Positions 37,094 to 46,646 of a DNA stretch of 64,000 nt are shown here, piece after piece. The notes beneath the pieces are model-generated. The model saw only the letters and a list, made by a program, of their open reading frames with translations. It made no database searches and was not told the origin of the DNA. The position numbers and the translations under genes were made by a program. Position 1 is the stretch's first letter. Every line of letters starts with the position of its first letter. This DNA comes from Haloferacaceae archaeon (GTDB lineage: Archaea > Halobacteriota > Halobacteria > Halobacteriales > Haloferacaceae): assembly GCA_042216495.1 (NCBI GenBank), contig JBDGTU010000022.1:1208-65207 (forward strand), given 5' to 3'.

Positions 37094-37989
37094 GCCGTCA
37101 CCTCCGTCCGACCGAACTGACGGTCGAGTTCGGCTGCGATGTCCGCGAACGGTTCGGTCACGTCGAGAGAATCGTCGTACTCGAAGATGGAGACGCCGGC
37201 CGAGAACGCCCGCTGGAGGGCGACGCGCTTTCTGACCTCCCAGACGGGCACGTCGGCGAACACCTCCTCGAACCACGCGAGCATCGACTCGTCCTCGTTG
37301 GTCGTCTCGACGCGGTTGGCGACGACGCCCAGGTCGCGGACGGTGATGCCGGTCTCCCGTTCGAGTGCCCCCAACTGGTCGAACAGGAGTTCCATCGCGC
37401 GCTCCGACGTCGCCTCGGTCAGTGCGGGGACGAGGATGTTCGCCGCCGCGTAGATGCCCGTGTCGGTGAGTTTTCCGTAGAACGGCGGCGAGTCGATGAC
37501 GACGTAGTCGTAGGTCGCCTCCAGGGCGCCGAGTGCCAGTTCGAGTCGGTCGGCGGCGTAGTCGCTCTCGGGGTCCGCCGTCGCGTTGATGGCGAGTGGC
37601 TCCAGAGTCGACGGGTCACCGTCGACGTCGGGGTTGCGCCGCATCCGCGCCATCAGGTCCGCGACGGTCAGTTCGTGTTCGGCCTGGAGGAGGTCGACGG
37701 AACTCGGGACGAGGTCCATCTCGGGGTGGGAGACGACGATGTCGTTTATCGCGTCCCGTCGCCCGGGGTCGGTGACGACGTCGAACAGCGTCGGTGGGTC
37801 GCGGTCGTAGGCGTCGAGGTGGCCGAGTCCCTCCGTCGCGTTTCCCTGGGGGTCGAGGTCGACGAACAGGACGTCGTGCCCGCGTCTGTTCAGGGCACCT
37901 GCGACGTTTATGGCCACGGTCGTCTTGCCCGTCCCACCTTTCGCGTTAGTCACGCAGATGGTGGCCCGCGTAGCTACGTCGGACGTCAT
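37090..37989 (-). CDS. ParA/Soj-family ATPase
   Basis: Start at ATG 37989. Deviant Walker A NAKGGTGKTT, DLDPQGNAT, YDYVVIDSPP. Confidence 0.93.
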   Translation of the reverse strand: MTSDVATRATICVTNAKGGTGKTTVAINVAGALNRRGHDVLFVDLDPQGNATEGLGHLDAYDRDPPTLFDVVTDPGRRDAINDIVVSHPEMDLVPSSVDLLQAEHELTVADLMARMRRNPDVDGDPSTLEPLAINATADPESDYAADRLELALGALEATYDYVVIDSPPFYGKLTDTGIYAAANILVPALTEATSERAMELLFDQLGALERETGITVRDLGVVANRVETTNEDESMLAWFEEVFADVPVWEVRKRVALQRAFSAGVSIFEYDDSLDVTEPFADIAAELDRQFGRTEVTA

Positions 37990-38034
37990 TTGTCGCGGAT
38001 TCTCCCCACCGGAACATAAAAGCGGGCGTCCAGT

Positions 38035-38048
38035 TATCAAGACCAATA
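38035..38048. promoter_or_regulatory. Degenerate palindrome TATCA-AGAC-CAATA upstream of parA-cheW
   Basis: Promoter-proximal half is perfect. 15 nt from the ATAA core at 38016-38019. Confidence 0.6.
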
Positions 38049-38097
38049 TTTCGAGGCGGGCGGGAGGCCGGCAGCCGGCGGCCGGGCGAAAGGCGAG

Positions 38098-38412
38098 TTA
38101 CCCGTCGAAGACGACGACTTCTCCTCGCCCGTCGACGAGGATGCGATAGCCGGCGTAGACGAACTCCATTCGTCGCTGGTCGACGTTCGTCGAGTCGGGG
38201 TCGAACAGCCGCCCTAACGCGTCGGGGTCGACGGACTCAGCGAGTGGCGGCAGGTCGACGGGTTCGACGTCTTCGACCGCTGCGACGGCCGTCTGGACCG
38301 CCAGACACACCGGTTCGCGGTGCGTCCGCTCGATTCGCTCGCGCCCCCTGACTGTCCCCGTCGACTCGTCGTGGGGGTTCAGTGCCCGACCCCCGCCCTC
38401 GAAACTGGACAT
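38098..38412 (-). CDS. HalOD1 (halobacterial output domain 1) protein
   Basis: AV..AVAA.EDV.P.DLPPL..SVDPDAL..LF...F.Y.GY.I.V pattern. Confidence 0.85.
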   Translation of the reverse strand: MSSFEGGGRALNPHDESTGTVRGRERIERTHREPVCLAVQTAVAAVEDVEPVDLPPLAESVDPDALGRLFDPDSTNVDQRRMEFVYAGYRILVDGRGEVVVFDG

Positions 38413-38466
38413 ACTGATAACTGGACGCTCCCTCCCTTAATAGTATGTCAGACGAACCCACGCCCG

Positions 38467-39480
38467 TCAGTACGACTGGTCGGTGGACGCCGGGCCGCGA
38501 AACGTCGAGTAGAGGAAGACGAAGTAGCCGAGCACGAGCGGGATGAGGACGGCAGCGAAGATGGTCGTGAGGTTGAGCGCGAGCGTCGAGACGGCCGCAG
38601 CAGACGCCGAGAGGCCGACGGCCGGGTCGATGGCCGGGTAGGCGAGCGTCGCGGCGACGCCGACGAAGGCAAAGACCATCCCCGCGACGGCGGCGAACGC
38701 GAGGTGGTAGCGTTCCCGGCGGACGCCGCTCACGGCGACGATGCCGAGACCGGCCGACGCGGCGACGAGGCCGCCGACTGCCGGCGAGAGGGCGACGCCG
38801 CGGAGCGTGGGGCGGGTGAGCGCCAGCGTCCCGAGCGCGACGACGACGAGAGCGAGATAGCCGGCGACGGCGGGGGTGGCGTACCACGCCAGTTCGTCCC
38901 GCAGGTCGCCGCGCGTCTTGAGGCCGAGGTAGGTCGCCCCGTCGGCGACGGTCAGCGCGACGGTCGCGAGGCCGACGAGGAGGCCGAAGGCGGTGAGCGT
39001 CCGCGACGCGCCGGCGACCCAATTGCCGACGAAGACGCCGAGGAAGAAGGGCGCGGCGACGCTCCCGACGACGAAGCCGCGTCCCCAGTACCGTTGCCAG
39101 CGTTCGTCGTGGCGCTGCTCGTAGAACTCCGGAGCGAGTCCGCGGAGGACGAGCGCCCCGAGGATGGCGAACATCAGCAGGTAGTGTCGGCTGAAGAGGT
39201 TGGCGTACGCGGGCGGGAACGCCGCGAACAGCGCGCCGCCGAAGACGACCAGCCAGACCTCGTTGCCGTCCCAGAACGGGCCGATGGTCGCGAGCAGGAG
39301 TTCTTTCTCCGCCGGCGCCTCGCGGGTCGCAAAGAGCGCCCCGACGCCGAAGTCGAAGCCGTCGAGGAAGAGAAACATCGCGAGGACGAAAAACACCAGC
39401 GCGAACCAGAGCGTCGGCAGCGGCAGTCCCAGAATCGGGTCGGAGGAAAGCGACGCCGGTGCGGCGAGGAGGTCAGACAT
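38467..39480 (-). CDS. cydB: Cytochrome bd oxidase subunit II
   Basis: LDGFDFG, IGPFWDGNEVWLV..GGALFAAFP..Y. Multiple TM helices. Confidence 0.95.
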   Translation of the reverse strand: MSDLLAAPASLSSDPILGLPLPTLWFALVFFVLAMFLFLDGFDFGVGALFATREAPAEKELLLATIGPFWDGNEVWLVVFGGALFAAFPPAYANLFSRHYLLMFAILGALVLRGLAPEFYEQRHDERWQRYWGRGFVVGSVAAPFFLGVFVGNWVAGASRTLTAFGLLVGLATVALTVADGATYLGLKTRGDLRDELAWYATPAVAGYLALVVVALGTLALTRPTLRGVALSPAVGGLVAASAGLGIVAVSGVRRERYHLAFAAVAGMVFAFVGVAATLAYPAIDPAVGLSASAAAVSTLALNLTTIFAAVLIPLVLGYFVFLYSTFRGPASTDQSY

Positions 39481-40870
39481 CGGGGCCGACCCCCACTTCG
39501 TCGGACCCCATCGGCGGCAGGTCGCTGACGTGCGACAGGTCGTCCGGCCCCTGCCGCAGGAGGCGGAAGACGACGTACGCGTACAGCGTGAGAACCGCGG
39601 CGTAGACGGCGACGAACCCCGCGAGCGTCAGCGTCGCTTCCATCGGCGTGAGGTCGGACGTCGCCTGCTCGACCCGCATGAGTCCCTGAACGACCCACGG
39701 CTGTCTCCCCACCTCCGTAACTATCCAGCCGACTTCGACGGCGAGAATCCCCGTGAGCGAGGAGGCGATCAGCGCCTCGTGCAGGAGGCGGTCCTCGAAC
39801 AGTTCGCCGGCCCACCACCGGTAGCCGGCCCAGAAGGCGAGCAACACGAACCAGAAGCCGAGCGCGACCATGATGCGGAACGACCAGAAGACGACGGCCA
39901 CCGGCGGCGACCCCTCGAACTCGTTCAGCCCGCGGATGACGGCGTTCGGATTCCCGCCGCTCGCCAGCCACGACGCCCCGCCCGGGATGCCGATGCCGAA
40001 TATCTCCTTCGCCCGCGGATTCAGTATCTGGTCGACGCTCGTCGGCACGGCGACGATGTACTCGGGCACGTACGAGTCCGTCTCGTAGACGGCCTCCATC
40101 GCGGCGAACTTCTGGGGCTGGGTCTCGTAGACGTGTCGGGCGTAGGCGTCGCCGTGGAGCACCTGTAGCGGAGCGGTCAGTATCAACACGAGGAGGGCGA
40201 GCTTCATCGTCCGCCGCCAGAACGCCGAGTCGTCGCCGAACTGGACGTGATAGGCGGCCGCCCCCGCCATGAAGAGCGCGACCGAGACGACCGCGGCGTT
40301 CTGCATGTGGACGAACATCCACGGGAATCGGGGGTTCGCGTAGGCGGCGATGGGGTCGACCAGCGTGAACACCGGCTGGCCGCGCTGCATCGCCACCTCG
40401 TACCCCCGCGGCGTCTGCATCCACGAGTTGGCGACGAGTATCCAGAGCGCCGACAGCCACGTCCCCAGGGCGACCAGGGTCGCAGAGAGGAAGTACACCC
40501 GGTCGGAGACGCGGTCGCGTCCGAAGACGAAGACGCCCAGGAAGGTCGCTTCGAGCATGAACGCCATCATTCCCTCGACGGCGAGTGGGCCGCCGAACAG
40601 GTCGCCGGTGGCGGCCGCAAAGCGGGCGAAGTTCGTCCCGAACTCGAATTCGAGGACGAGGCCGGTGACGGTGCCGACGACGAAACTGATGGCGAAGACG
40701 GTCGTCCAGAACTCGCGCAACTGCACGTACACCGGGTCGTCGGTCCGTATCTCCTTCCACGTGAAGTAGACGAGGAAGGGCGCGAGTCCCATGCTCATCA
40801 CCGGGAAGACGATGTGAACGATGGTCGTGAGCGCGAACTGGAGTCGACTGGCGAGCACCGGGTCCATCAT
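39473..40870 (-). CDS. cydA: Cytochrome bd oxidase subunit I
   Basis: RLQFA....HI.F, FEFGTN, NSWMQTP, QPQKFAAME, GWIVTEVGRQPW. Confidence 0.97.
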   Translation of the reverse strand: MMDPVLASRLQFALTTIVHIVFPVMSMGLAPFLVYFTWKEIRTDDPVYVQLREFWTTVFAISFVVGTVTGLVLEFEFGTNFARFAAATGDLFGGPLAVEGMMAFMLEATFLGVFVFGRDRVSDRVYFLSATLVALGTWLSALWILVANSWMQTPRGYEVAMQRGQPVFTLVDPIAAYANPRFPWMFVHMQNAAVVSVALFMAGAAAYHVQFGDDSAFWRRTMKLALLVLILTAPLQVLHGDAYARHVYETQPQKFAAMEAVYETDSYVPEYIVAVPTSVDQILNPRAKEIFGIGIPGGASWLASGGNPNAVIRGLNEFEGSPPVAVVFWSFRIMVALGFWFVLLAFWAGYRWWAGELFEDRLLHEALIASSLTGILAVEVGWIVTEVGRQPWVVQGLMRVEQATSDLTPMEATLTLAGFVAVYAAVLTLYAYVVFRLLRQGPDDLSHVSDLPPMGSDEVGVGPDV

Positions 40871-40979
40871 GGCTGGAGGCGAGCGGAACGTGCTGTCCGT
40901 TCACACATACCACTCGACGCACAATAATGTCACCCTGCCACCTGTACGCAGCACCGGGGAGAGCGGCGAACCCCGACCG

Positions 40980-41732
40980 TCAGATGTCGCGGCCGCCGTC
41001 GACTTCGAGTGCCGTCCCGGTGACCATCGCTGCCTCGTCGCTCGCCAGGAAGACGGCCGCGTTCGCGATGTCCGTCGGTTCGGCGAGGCGGCCGAGGGGA
41101 ATGGTGTCCAGCATATCGTCGACGCTCAACTCCTCGCCCGAGAACGAGGGGAGCATCTGCGTATCCGTCGCCACCGGACAGATGGCGTTGACGCGGATGT
41201 CGTCGCTCGCGAGTTCGTGGGCGAGTTGCTTCGTGAGCGTGATCATTCCACCCTTGGAGGCACAGTAAGCCGACAGCCCGGTCCGCGGGCGGATGCCCGC
41301 CGTCGACGCGGTGTTGAGGATGACCCCACTCTCCTGGTCGCGCATGTGCGGGACGGCGTACTTCGCACCGAGGAACGCGCTCTTGAGGTTGACGTCGACG
41401 ATGCTGTCCCACGTCTCTTCGGTGACGTCCTCGACGGGCGTCGACTGCTGTGGGATACCGGCGTTGTTGTGGAGGACGTCGATGCTGCCGAACTCGTCGA
41501 CGGTCCGGTCGACGAACGCCGACACGTCGGCGGCGTCGCTCACGTCCGCCGCGTGGGCGACCGCCGCTCCGCCGTCGCGGGCGTCGATGCGGTCGGCCAC
41601 CGTCGACGCCGCTTCGCTATCGATATCGACGACGACGACGTCCGCCCCGCGTTCGGCGAACCGTTCCGCCGTCGCCTCGCCCATACCCGACCCCGCACCG
41701 GTCACCGCTACGGCCGTTCCGTCGAAAGACAT
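40980..41732 (-). CDS. Short-chain dehydrogenase/reductase (SDR)
   Basis: TGAGSGMG, NNAG, catalytic YCASK, DGG C-terminus. Confidence 0.95.
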   Translation of the reverse strand: MSFDGTAVAVTGAGSGMGEATAERFAERGADVVVVDIDSEAASTVADRIDARDGGAAVAHAADVSDAADVSAFVDRTVDEFGSIDVLHNNAGIPQQSTPVEDVTEETWDSIVDVNLKSAFLGAKYAVPHMRDQESGVILNTASTAGIRPRTGLSAYCASKGGMITLTKQLAHELASDDIRVNAICPVATDTQMLPSFSGEELSVDDMLDTIPLGRLAEPTDIANAAVFLASDEAAMVTGTALEVDGGRDI

Positions 41733-41790
41733 GGGAAGAAATTCGACGGTGTGAACCTTGTATCTTGAGTTACGGAGCGACGGCGTCGCC

Positions 41791-43257
41791 TCAGGCCCCG
41801 GGGAGATTACCGCCGTCGTCGCCGATGTCGATGGCGACGTTCTTCGTCCGGAGGTAGGAGTCGAGCGCCTCCAGCCCTTTCTCCCGCCCGACGCCGCTCA
41901 TCTTGTAGCCGCCGAAGGGCGTCTGGTTGGTGTCGCCGAACCACTGGTTGACGTAGACGTTGCCCGCTTCGAGGTCGCGGGCGAAGCGGTGGGCGCGGGT
42001 CACGTCGTTCGTGAAGATGCCCGCGGTGAGACCGTACTCGACGTCGTTGGCGAGTTCGAGGGCCTCGCCCTCCGTCGAGAAGGGAACGACGGCGAGGACG
42101 GGGCCGAAGATCTCCTCCTGGGCGATGCGCATGTCGTTCGAGACGTCGGTGAACACGGTCGGTTCGACGAAGTGACCCCCGCGGTTCGGCACGTCGCCAC
42201 CGGCTGCCAGCGTCGCGCCTTCCTCCTCCCCGAGTTCGACGTAGTTCGTCACCTTCTCGAACTGCTCCTCGGAGACCAGCGGTCCCATGTCGGGGTCTTC
42301 GAGGCCCGGACCGAGGGTGTACGACTCCGCGACGTCGACGACGTTCTCGACGAGTTCGTCGTGGACGGACTCGTGGACGAGCAGTCGGTCCGCGGCCGAA
42401 CAGACCTGGCCGGCGTTGGTGAAGATGGCGGTGGTGACCCAGTCGGCGGCCGAGTCGAGGTCGGCGTCGGGGAAGACGATTGCGGGGTTCTTCCCGCCGA
42501 GTTCGAGCGTCACCGGGGTGATGGTGTCCGCGGCCGCGCGCATGATGGCCTGCCCCGTCGGGACGCTCCCGGTGAACGTGATCGTGTCGACGTCGTCGTG
42601 CCCGGAGAGGGCCGCCCCCGTCGGGTCGCCGTAGCCGGTGACGACGTTGACGACGCCGTCCGGAAGGCCCGCCTCCGCACAGAGTTCCGCGAGGTGGAGC
42701 GCCGAGATGGGCGTCTGTTCGGCGGGCTTGACGACGACGGCGTTGCCGGCGACGAGGGCGGGCGCGACGCCGCGGGCGAAGAGGTTCGCGGGGAAGTTCC
42801 ACGGCGTAATCTGGGCGCTCACGCCGTAGGGTTCGCGGACGGTGTAGTCGACGCCGTCGTGGCCGACGGGGACGCTCCTGCCTTCGAGTTTGTCCGCCGC
42901 GCCGGCGTAGTACTCGAAGTAGCGCGCCGCCCCCTGCAGGTCGCTTCGCGCCTGGGAGATGGGTTTGCCCTGGTCCAGGCTCTCGATTTCGGCCAGTTCG
43001 TCCAGACGTTCGCGGATCAACTGGCCGACGGCATGCACCAGTCGCCCGCGTTCGTCGGGGTCGACCGTCCGCCACTCCTCGAACGCACGCCGTGCGGTTT
43101 CGACGGCGTGGTCGACGTCCGCGGCCGTCCCGGCGGCCACCGTCGAGAGGAGGCCGCCCGTCGCGGGGTCCGCCGTCGGCAGCGTCGAACCGTCGGAGGC
43201 GTCGCGCCACTCGCCGTCGACGTAGAGACCGTACGACTCTCTGATGTGCGGAGACAT
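41791..43257 (-). CDS. Aldehyde dehydrogenase family protein
   Basis: Start reassigned to ATG 43257. PWNFP, KPAE, FTGS, LELGGKN, GQVC, EEIFGPV, PFGGYKMSG. Confidence 0.95.
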   Translation of the reverse strand: MSPHIRESYGLYVDGEWRDASDGSTLPTADPATGGLLSTVAAGTAADVDHAVETARRAFEEWRTVDPDERGRLVHAVGQLIRERLDELAEIESLDQGKPISQARSDLQGAARYFEYYAGAADKLEGRSVPVGHDGVDYTVREPYGVSAQITPWNFPANLFARGVAPALVAGNAVVVKPAEQTPISALHLAELCAEAGLPDGVVNVVTGYGDPTGAALSGHDDVDTITFTGSVPTGQAIMRAAADTITPVTLELGGKNPAIVFPDADLDSAADWVTTAIFTNAGQVCSAADRLLVHESVHDELVENVVDVAESYTLGPGLEDPDMGPLVSEEQFEKVTNYVELGEEEGATLAAGGDVPNRGGHFVEPTVFTDVSNDMRIAQEEIFGPVLAVVPFSTEGEALELANDVEYGLTAGIFTNDVTRAHRFARDLEAGNVYVNQWFGDTNQTPFGGYKMSGVGREKGLEALDSYLRTKNVAIDIGDDGGNLPGA

Positions 43258-43412
43258 ACCGTATCTCAGCGCCGTCTGCCTGTTAACGCTTGCTATCGGG
43301 TCGGCGAGCGCGGCGACGAGCGGGCACGAGAGCCGCTCGGTCGGGGCCACGAGGAACGTCCCCTACGCCGGTTTCAGAAGCCTTTAGCCCCCCGAGTGAC
43401 TCGCTCTCAGCT

Positions 43413-44774
43413 ATGACAACGCCAACCAGGCGGACGTTCATCGGCGCGACTGGCGCAACTATCCTCACCGGCCTCGCCGGCTGCTCGGGCGGCGGTGGCG
43501 GGTCGGGCGGCGGCGGGTCGGGCGGCGACGGCTCCGGTGGGTCCGACGGCACCGCGACGTCGACGAGCACGCCGACCGGGGACGGCGGTTCCGGCGGGTC
43601 GAGCAGCGAGGCCGACATCAACATCGGCGTCCTCCTGCCCTTCACCGGCGAGTACGACTGGGTCGGCGCGAACGTCTATCCGGTGACGAAGATGCTCGTC
43701 GACGACATCAACGCCAACGGCGGCATCGACGGCCGGACCATCGGCCTCGTCCGCGGCGACACCGAGGCGACGGTCGACGCGAGCGTCTCCGCGGCACAGA
43801 AACTCGTCAACGTCGACAAAGTGGACCTCATCGTCGGCCCGACCAGCCTCACGTTCACGGGCGTCAAAGACCTCGTCCAGGAGAACGGAGTCCCGGTCAT
43901 CACCCCGACGGCGGGGACGACGGCACTCGACTCGGTCGGCGGCGAGTACATCTTCCGGACGGTGCCCAGCGACTCGCTGGGCGGGGCTGCCATCGCGAAG
44001 GCCGCACGCAACGAGAAGTACAACGGCGTCGCGGACTACTCGAAGATGGGGCTGATGGTCGGCAACGCACCCGCCCTGCAGTCGTTCAAGGCACCGGTCA
44101 AGTCCTCCTTCGAGGAGTTCGGCGGCACGGTGACGAAGACGCTCGACTACGCGACCGGCAAGTCCTCTTACCAGTCGGAAGTGTCGAAGATGCTCCAGTC
44201 GAACCCCGAAATCATCTGTCTCGTTGGCACCCCCGAGGACTCCTCGAAAATCATGCGCGCGGCGTTCCAGGCGGGCTACGAGGGCAACTGGTTCGTCACG
44301 CAGGACCAGACGAACGCGGACTTCCTCGAACTCGTCGAACCGCAGATCAGCGACGGCATCCTGGGGCTGGTCGAAGCCGACAACCCGGAAGCGGCGGAAG
44401 CCGGGCGCATCGAGCAGTTCACGGCCGACGTGAAGGAAGCCACGGGGAGCGAACCGGGCATCTTCGCGAAGAACACCTACGACGCCGTCAACATCGGGAC
44501 GCTGGCGATGGTTGCCGCCGCACAGGACGGCGACGTCACCCGCGAATCCATCGCCGCGAACGTCCCGACGGTGGCGAAACCCCCCGAACAGGACGTCGCC
44601 AACTACTCGGAGGGCGCGTCCGCCATCGCGGAGGGCACGGACGTCAACTACGAGGGGCTGGTCGGTCCGTGTGACTTCGACGAGAACGGCGACATCTCCT
44701 CGCCGTTCGCCATCATGCAGGCCGACGGCGCGGAGTGGACGAAGGTCGCCACCCTCCCCGCAAGCGAACTCTGA
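43413..44774 (+). CDS. Liv-type ABC substrate-binding lipoprotein
   Basis: ATG 43413, TRRTFI...LAGC Tat lipobox, Gly/Ser linker, IGVLLPFTG, INANGGIDG, FRTVPSD. Confidence 0.92.
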   Translation: MTTPTRRTFIGATGATILTGLAGCSGGGGGSGGGGSGGDGSGGSDGTATSTSTPTGDGGSGGSSSEADINIGVLLPFTGEYDWVGANVYPVTKMLVDDINANGGIDGRTIGLVRGDTEATVDASVSAAQKLVNVDKVDLIVGPTSLTFTGVKDLVQENGVPVITPTAGTTALDSVGGEYIFRTVPSDSLGGAAIAKAARNEKYNGVADYSKMGLMVGNAPALQSFKAPVKSSFEEFGGTVTKTLDYATGKSSYQSEVSKMLQSNPEIICLVGTPEDSSKIMRAAFQAGYEGNWFVTQDQTNADFLELVEPQISDGILGLVEADNPEAAEAGRIEQFTADVKEATGSEPGIFAKNTYDAVNIGTLAMVAAAQDGDVTRESIAANVPTVAKPPEQDVANYSEGASAIAEGTDVNYEGLVGPCDFDENGDISSPFAIMQADGAEWTKVATLPASEL

Positions 44775-44775
44775 C

Positions 44776-45645
44776 ATGGCCGACCTCGTCGGAGTCGTAC
44801 AGACGCTCCTGTACGGTCTCATCAACGGGAGCGTCATCGCCGTCGGAGCGGTCGGGCTGACGCTCTCGTACGGCGTCACCCGCTTCATCAACTTCGCCTA
44901 CGGCGAGTTGCTGACCCTCGGGGCGTACACCGCCTTCCTCCTCGTCGGGGTGGGGCTGGGACTCCCCGTCGCCACGGTCGTCGCCCTCCTCGCGGTGGGC
45001 GTCGGTGGCGTCCTCGTCGCGCGGGCGTTCTACGACCCGCTCTCGGACCGCGGACCGCTCCCGCTGCTCATCACGAGCATCGGCGTGGCGTTCATCCTCC
45101 GCAACCTCGTCCGCGCGTTCGCGGGCACGGAGGCTCGGCAGCTACCGGTCCCGCTGATGCGCCCGTGGGTCGTCGCCGGCCTGCGGCTCAACCCCGTCGA
45201 CGCAGGCGTGATGGTCGCCGCCGTCGTCACCATGCTCTCCGTTCACCTCCTGTTGCAACGAACCATGCTCGGCAAGAAGATGCGCGCGACCAGCGGCAAC
45301 GAACAGCTCGCGCGAGTGGCCGGTATCGACACCGACGCCGTGGTCCGGCGGACGTGGTTCATCTCCTCCGTGGCGGGAGCCGTCGCGGGCGTCCTGCTGG
45401 CTATCCAGTTCCCGCCGTTCCGCCCCACCATGGGGTGGGACTTCCTCATCGTCGTCTTCTCGGCGACGCTGCTGGGCGGCATCGGCAAGCCCTACGGCGC
45501 GATGGTCGGCTCGCTCGTCGTCGGCGTCGCCATGAGCGTCGGGACGCGCTACGTCGCCACCGAGTACACGATGGCGTACGCATTCGGCATCCTCGTCCTC
45601 GTCCTCCTGTTCAAGCCGGAGGGCATCGCCGGGGGTGAAATCTGA
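44776..45645 (+). CDS. livH: Liv-type ABC permease (LivH-like)
   Basis: GLTLSYG...INFAYGE, LGKKMRA, LLGGIG, KPEG. Confidence 0.88.
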   Translation: MADLVGVVQTLLYGLINGSVIAVGAVGLTLSYGVTRFINFAYGELLTLGAYTAFLLVGVGLGLPVATVVALLAVGVGGVLVARAFYDPLSDRGPLPLLITSIGVAFILRNLVRAFAGTEARQLPVPLMRPWVVAGLRLNPVDAGVMVAAVVTMLSVHLLLQRTMLGKKMRATSGNEQLARVAGIDTDAVVRRTWFISSVAGAVAGVLLAIQFPPFRPTMGWDFLIVVFSATLLGGIGKPYGAMVGSLVVGVAMSVGTRYVATEYTMAYAFGILVLVLLFKPEGIAGGEI

Positions 45646-46646
45646 TGGCGTTCGCGATTCCCGGCATGGCCTCGTTCCTGCTCTCCATCGGAACGCTGGC
45701 GCTCATCTACGCGCTGCTGGCGCTCGGTCTGAACGTCCACTACGGCTACACCGGCCTGCTCAACTTCGGCCACGTCGCCTTCTTCGCCGCCGGCGCGTTC
45801 ACGTCGGCCATCCTGACGATGCCGCCGCCGGGCCCCGAGGCCGAATACGTCCTCGGCCTCGGGTTGCCGATGCCGGCCGCGCTCCCGGTGTCGCTGCTCG
45901 CCGCCGCCGTCGTCGGCGGCGTGCTGGCGACGTGCATCGGTCTCACGAGCGTCCGCCTCGGGTCGCACTACCTCGCGGTGGCGACCTTCGCCCTCGCGGG
46001 CATCTTCGAGGACGTCCTCGTCAACGAGGAGTGGCTCACGCGCGGGACGTTCGGACTCAACTCGGTGCCGAAAGCCGGCCGCTCGATGCTCGGTGCCGAC
46101 CTCTGGCAGGTGTCGTACTTCGCGTTCGCACTGCTGTTGACCGGCCTCGTCTACCTCGTCGTCGAGCGACTGATAGACGCGCCCTTCGGCCGATTGCTGA
46201 AGGGCATCCGCGAGGAGGAGCAGGCCGCCGGGATGCTCGGCAAGAACACCGACCGGGTGAAGCTGAAGTCTTTCGCCATCGGGGGGATGATCGCCGGCCT
46301 CGCCGGCGGCGTCTACGCCCACTACATCGGGAGCGTCGTCGCCGTCACGTTCGTCTCGCTCGTCACGTTCCTCGTGTGGGTTGCGCTGTTGATGGGCGGG
46401 GCGGGGTCGAATCGCGGCGCTATCGTCGGCGCGTTCCTCCTCGTCGCCTTCCGCGAGGGGACGCGCCTCAGCGCGGTGAACGACTTCGTCGTCTCCGCCG
46501 TCCCGTTCGAGGCGAGCGCGACGCTCGTACCGAGCCTCCGCTTCGTCATCATCGGCCTGTTGCTGGTGCTGGTCGTACGCTACCGGCCGGCCGGCCTGCT
46601 CGGCAACCCCGACGAACTCGTCCTCTCGGAAGGGGGTGAACAGTGA
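45645..46646 (+). CDS. livM: Liv-type ABC permease (LivM-like)
   Basis: GLN..YGYTGL.NFGH.AFF, PFGR.LK.IRE, GG.GS.RG. Confidence 0.88.
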   Translation: MAFAIPGMASFLLSIGTLALIYALLALGLNVHYGYTGLLNFGHVAFFAAGAFTSAILTMPPPGPEAEYVLGLGLPMPAALPVSLLAAAVVGGVLATCIGLTSVRLGSHYLAVATFALAGIFEDVLVNEEWLTRGTFGLNSVPKAGRSMLGADLWQVSYFAFALLLTGLVYLVVERLIDAPFGRLLKGIREEEQAAGMLGKNTDRVKLKSFAIGGMIAGLAGGVYAHYIGSVVAVTFVSLVTFLVWVALLMGGAGSNRGAIVGAFLLVAFREGTRLSAVNDFVVSAVPFEASATLVPSLRFVIIGLLLVLVVRYRPAGLLGNPDELVLSEGGEQ

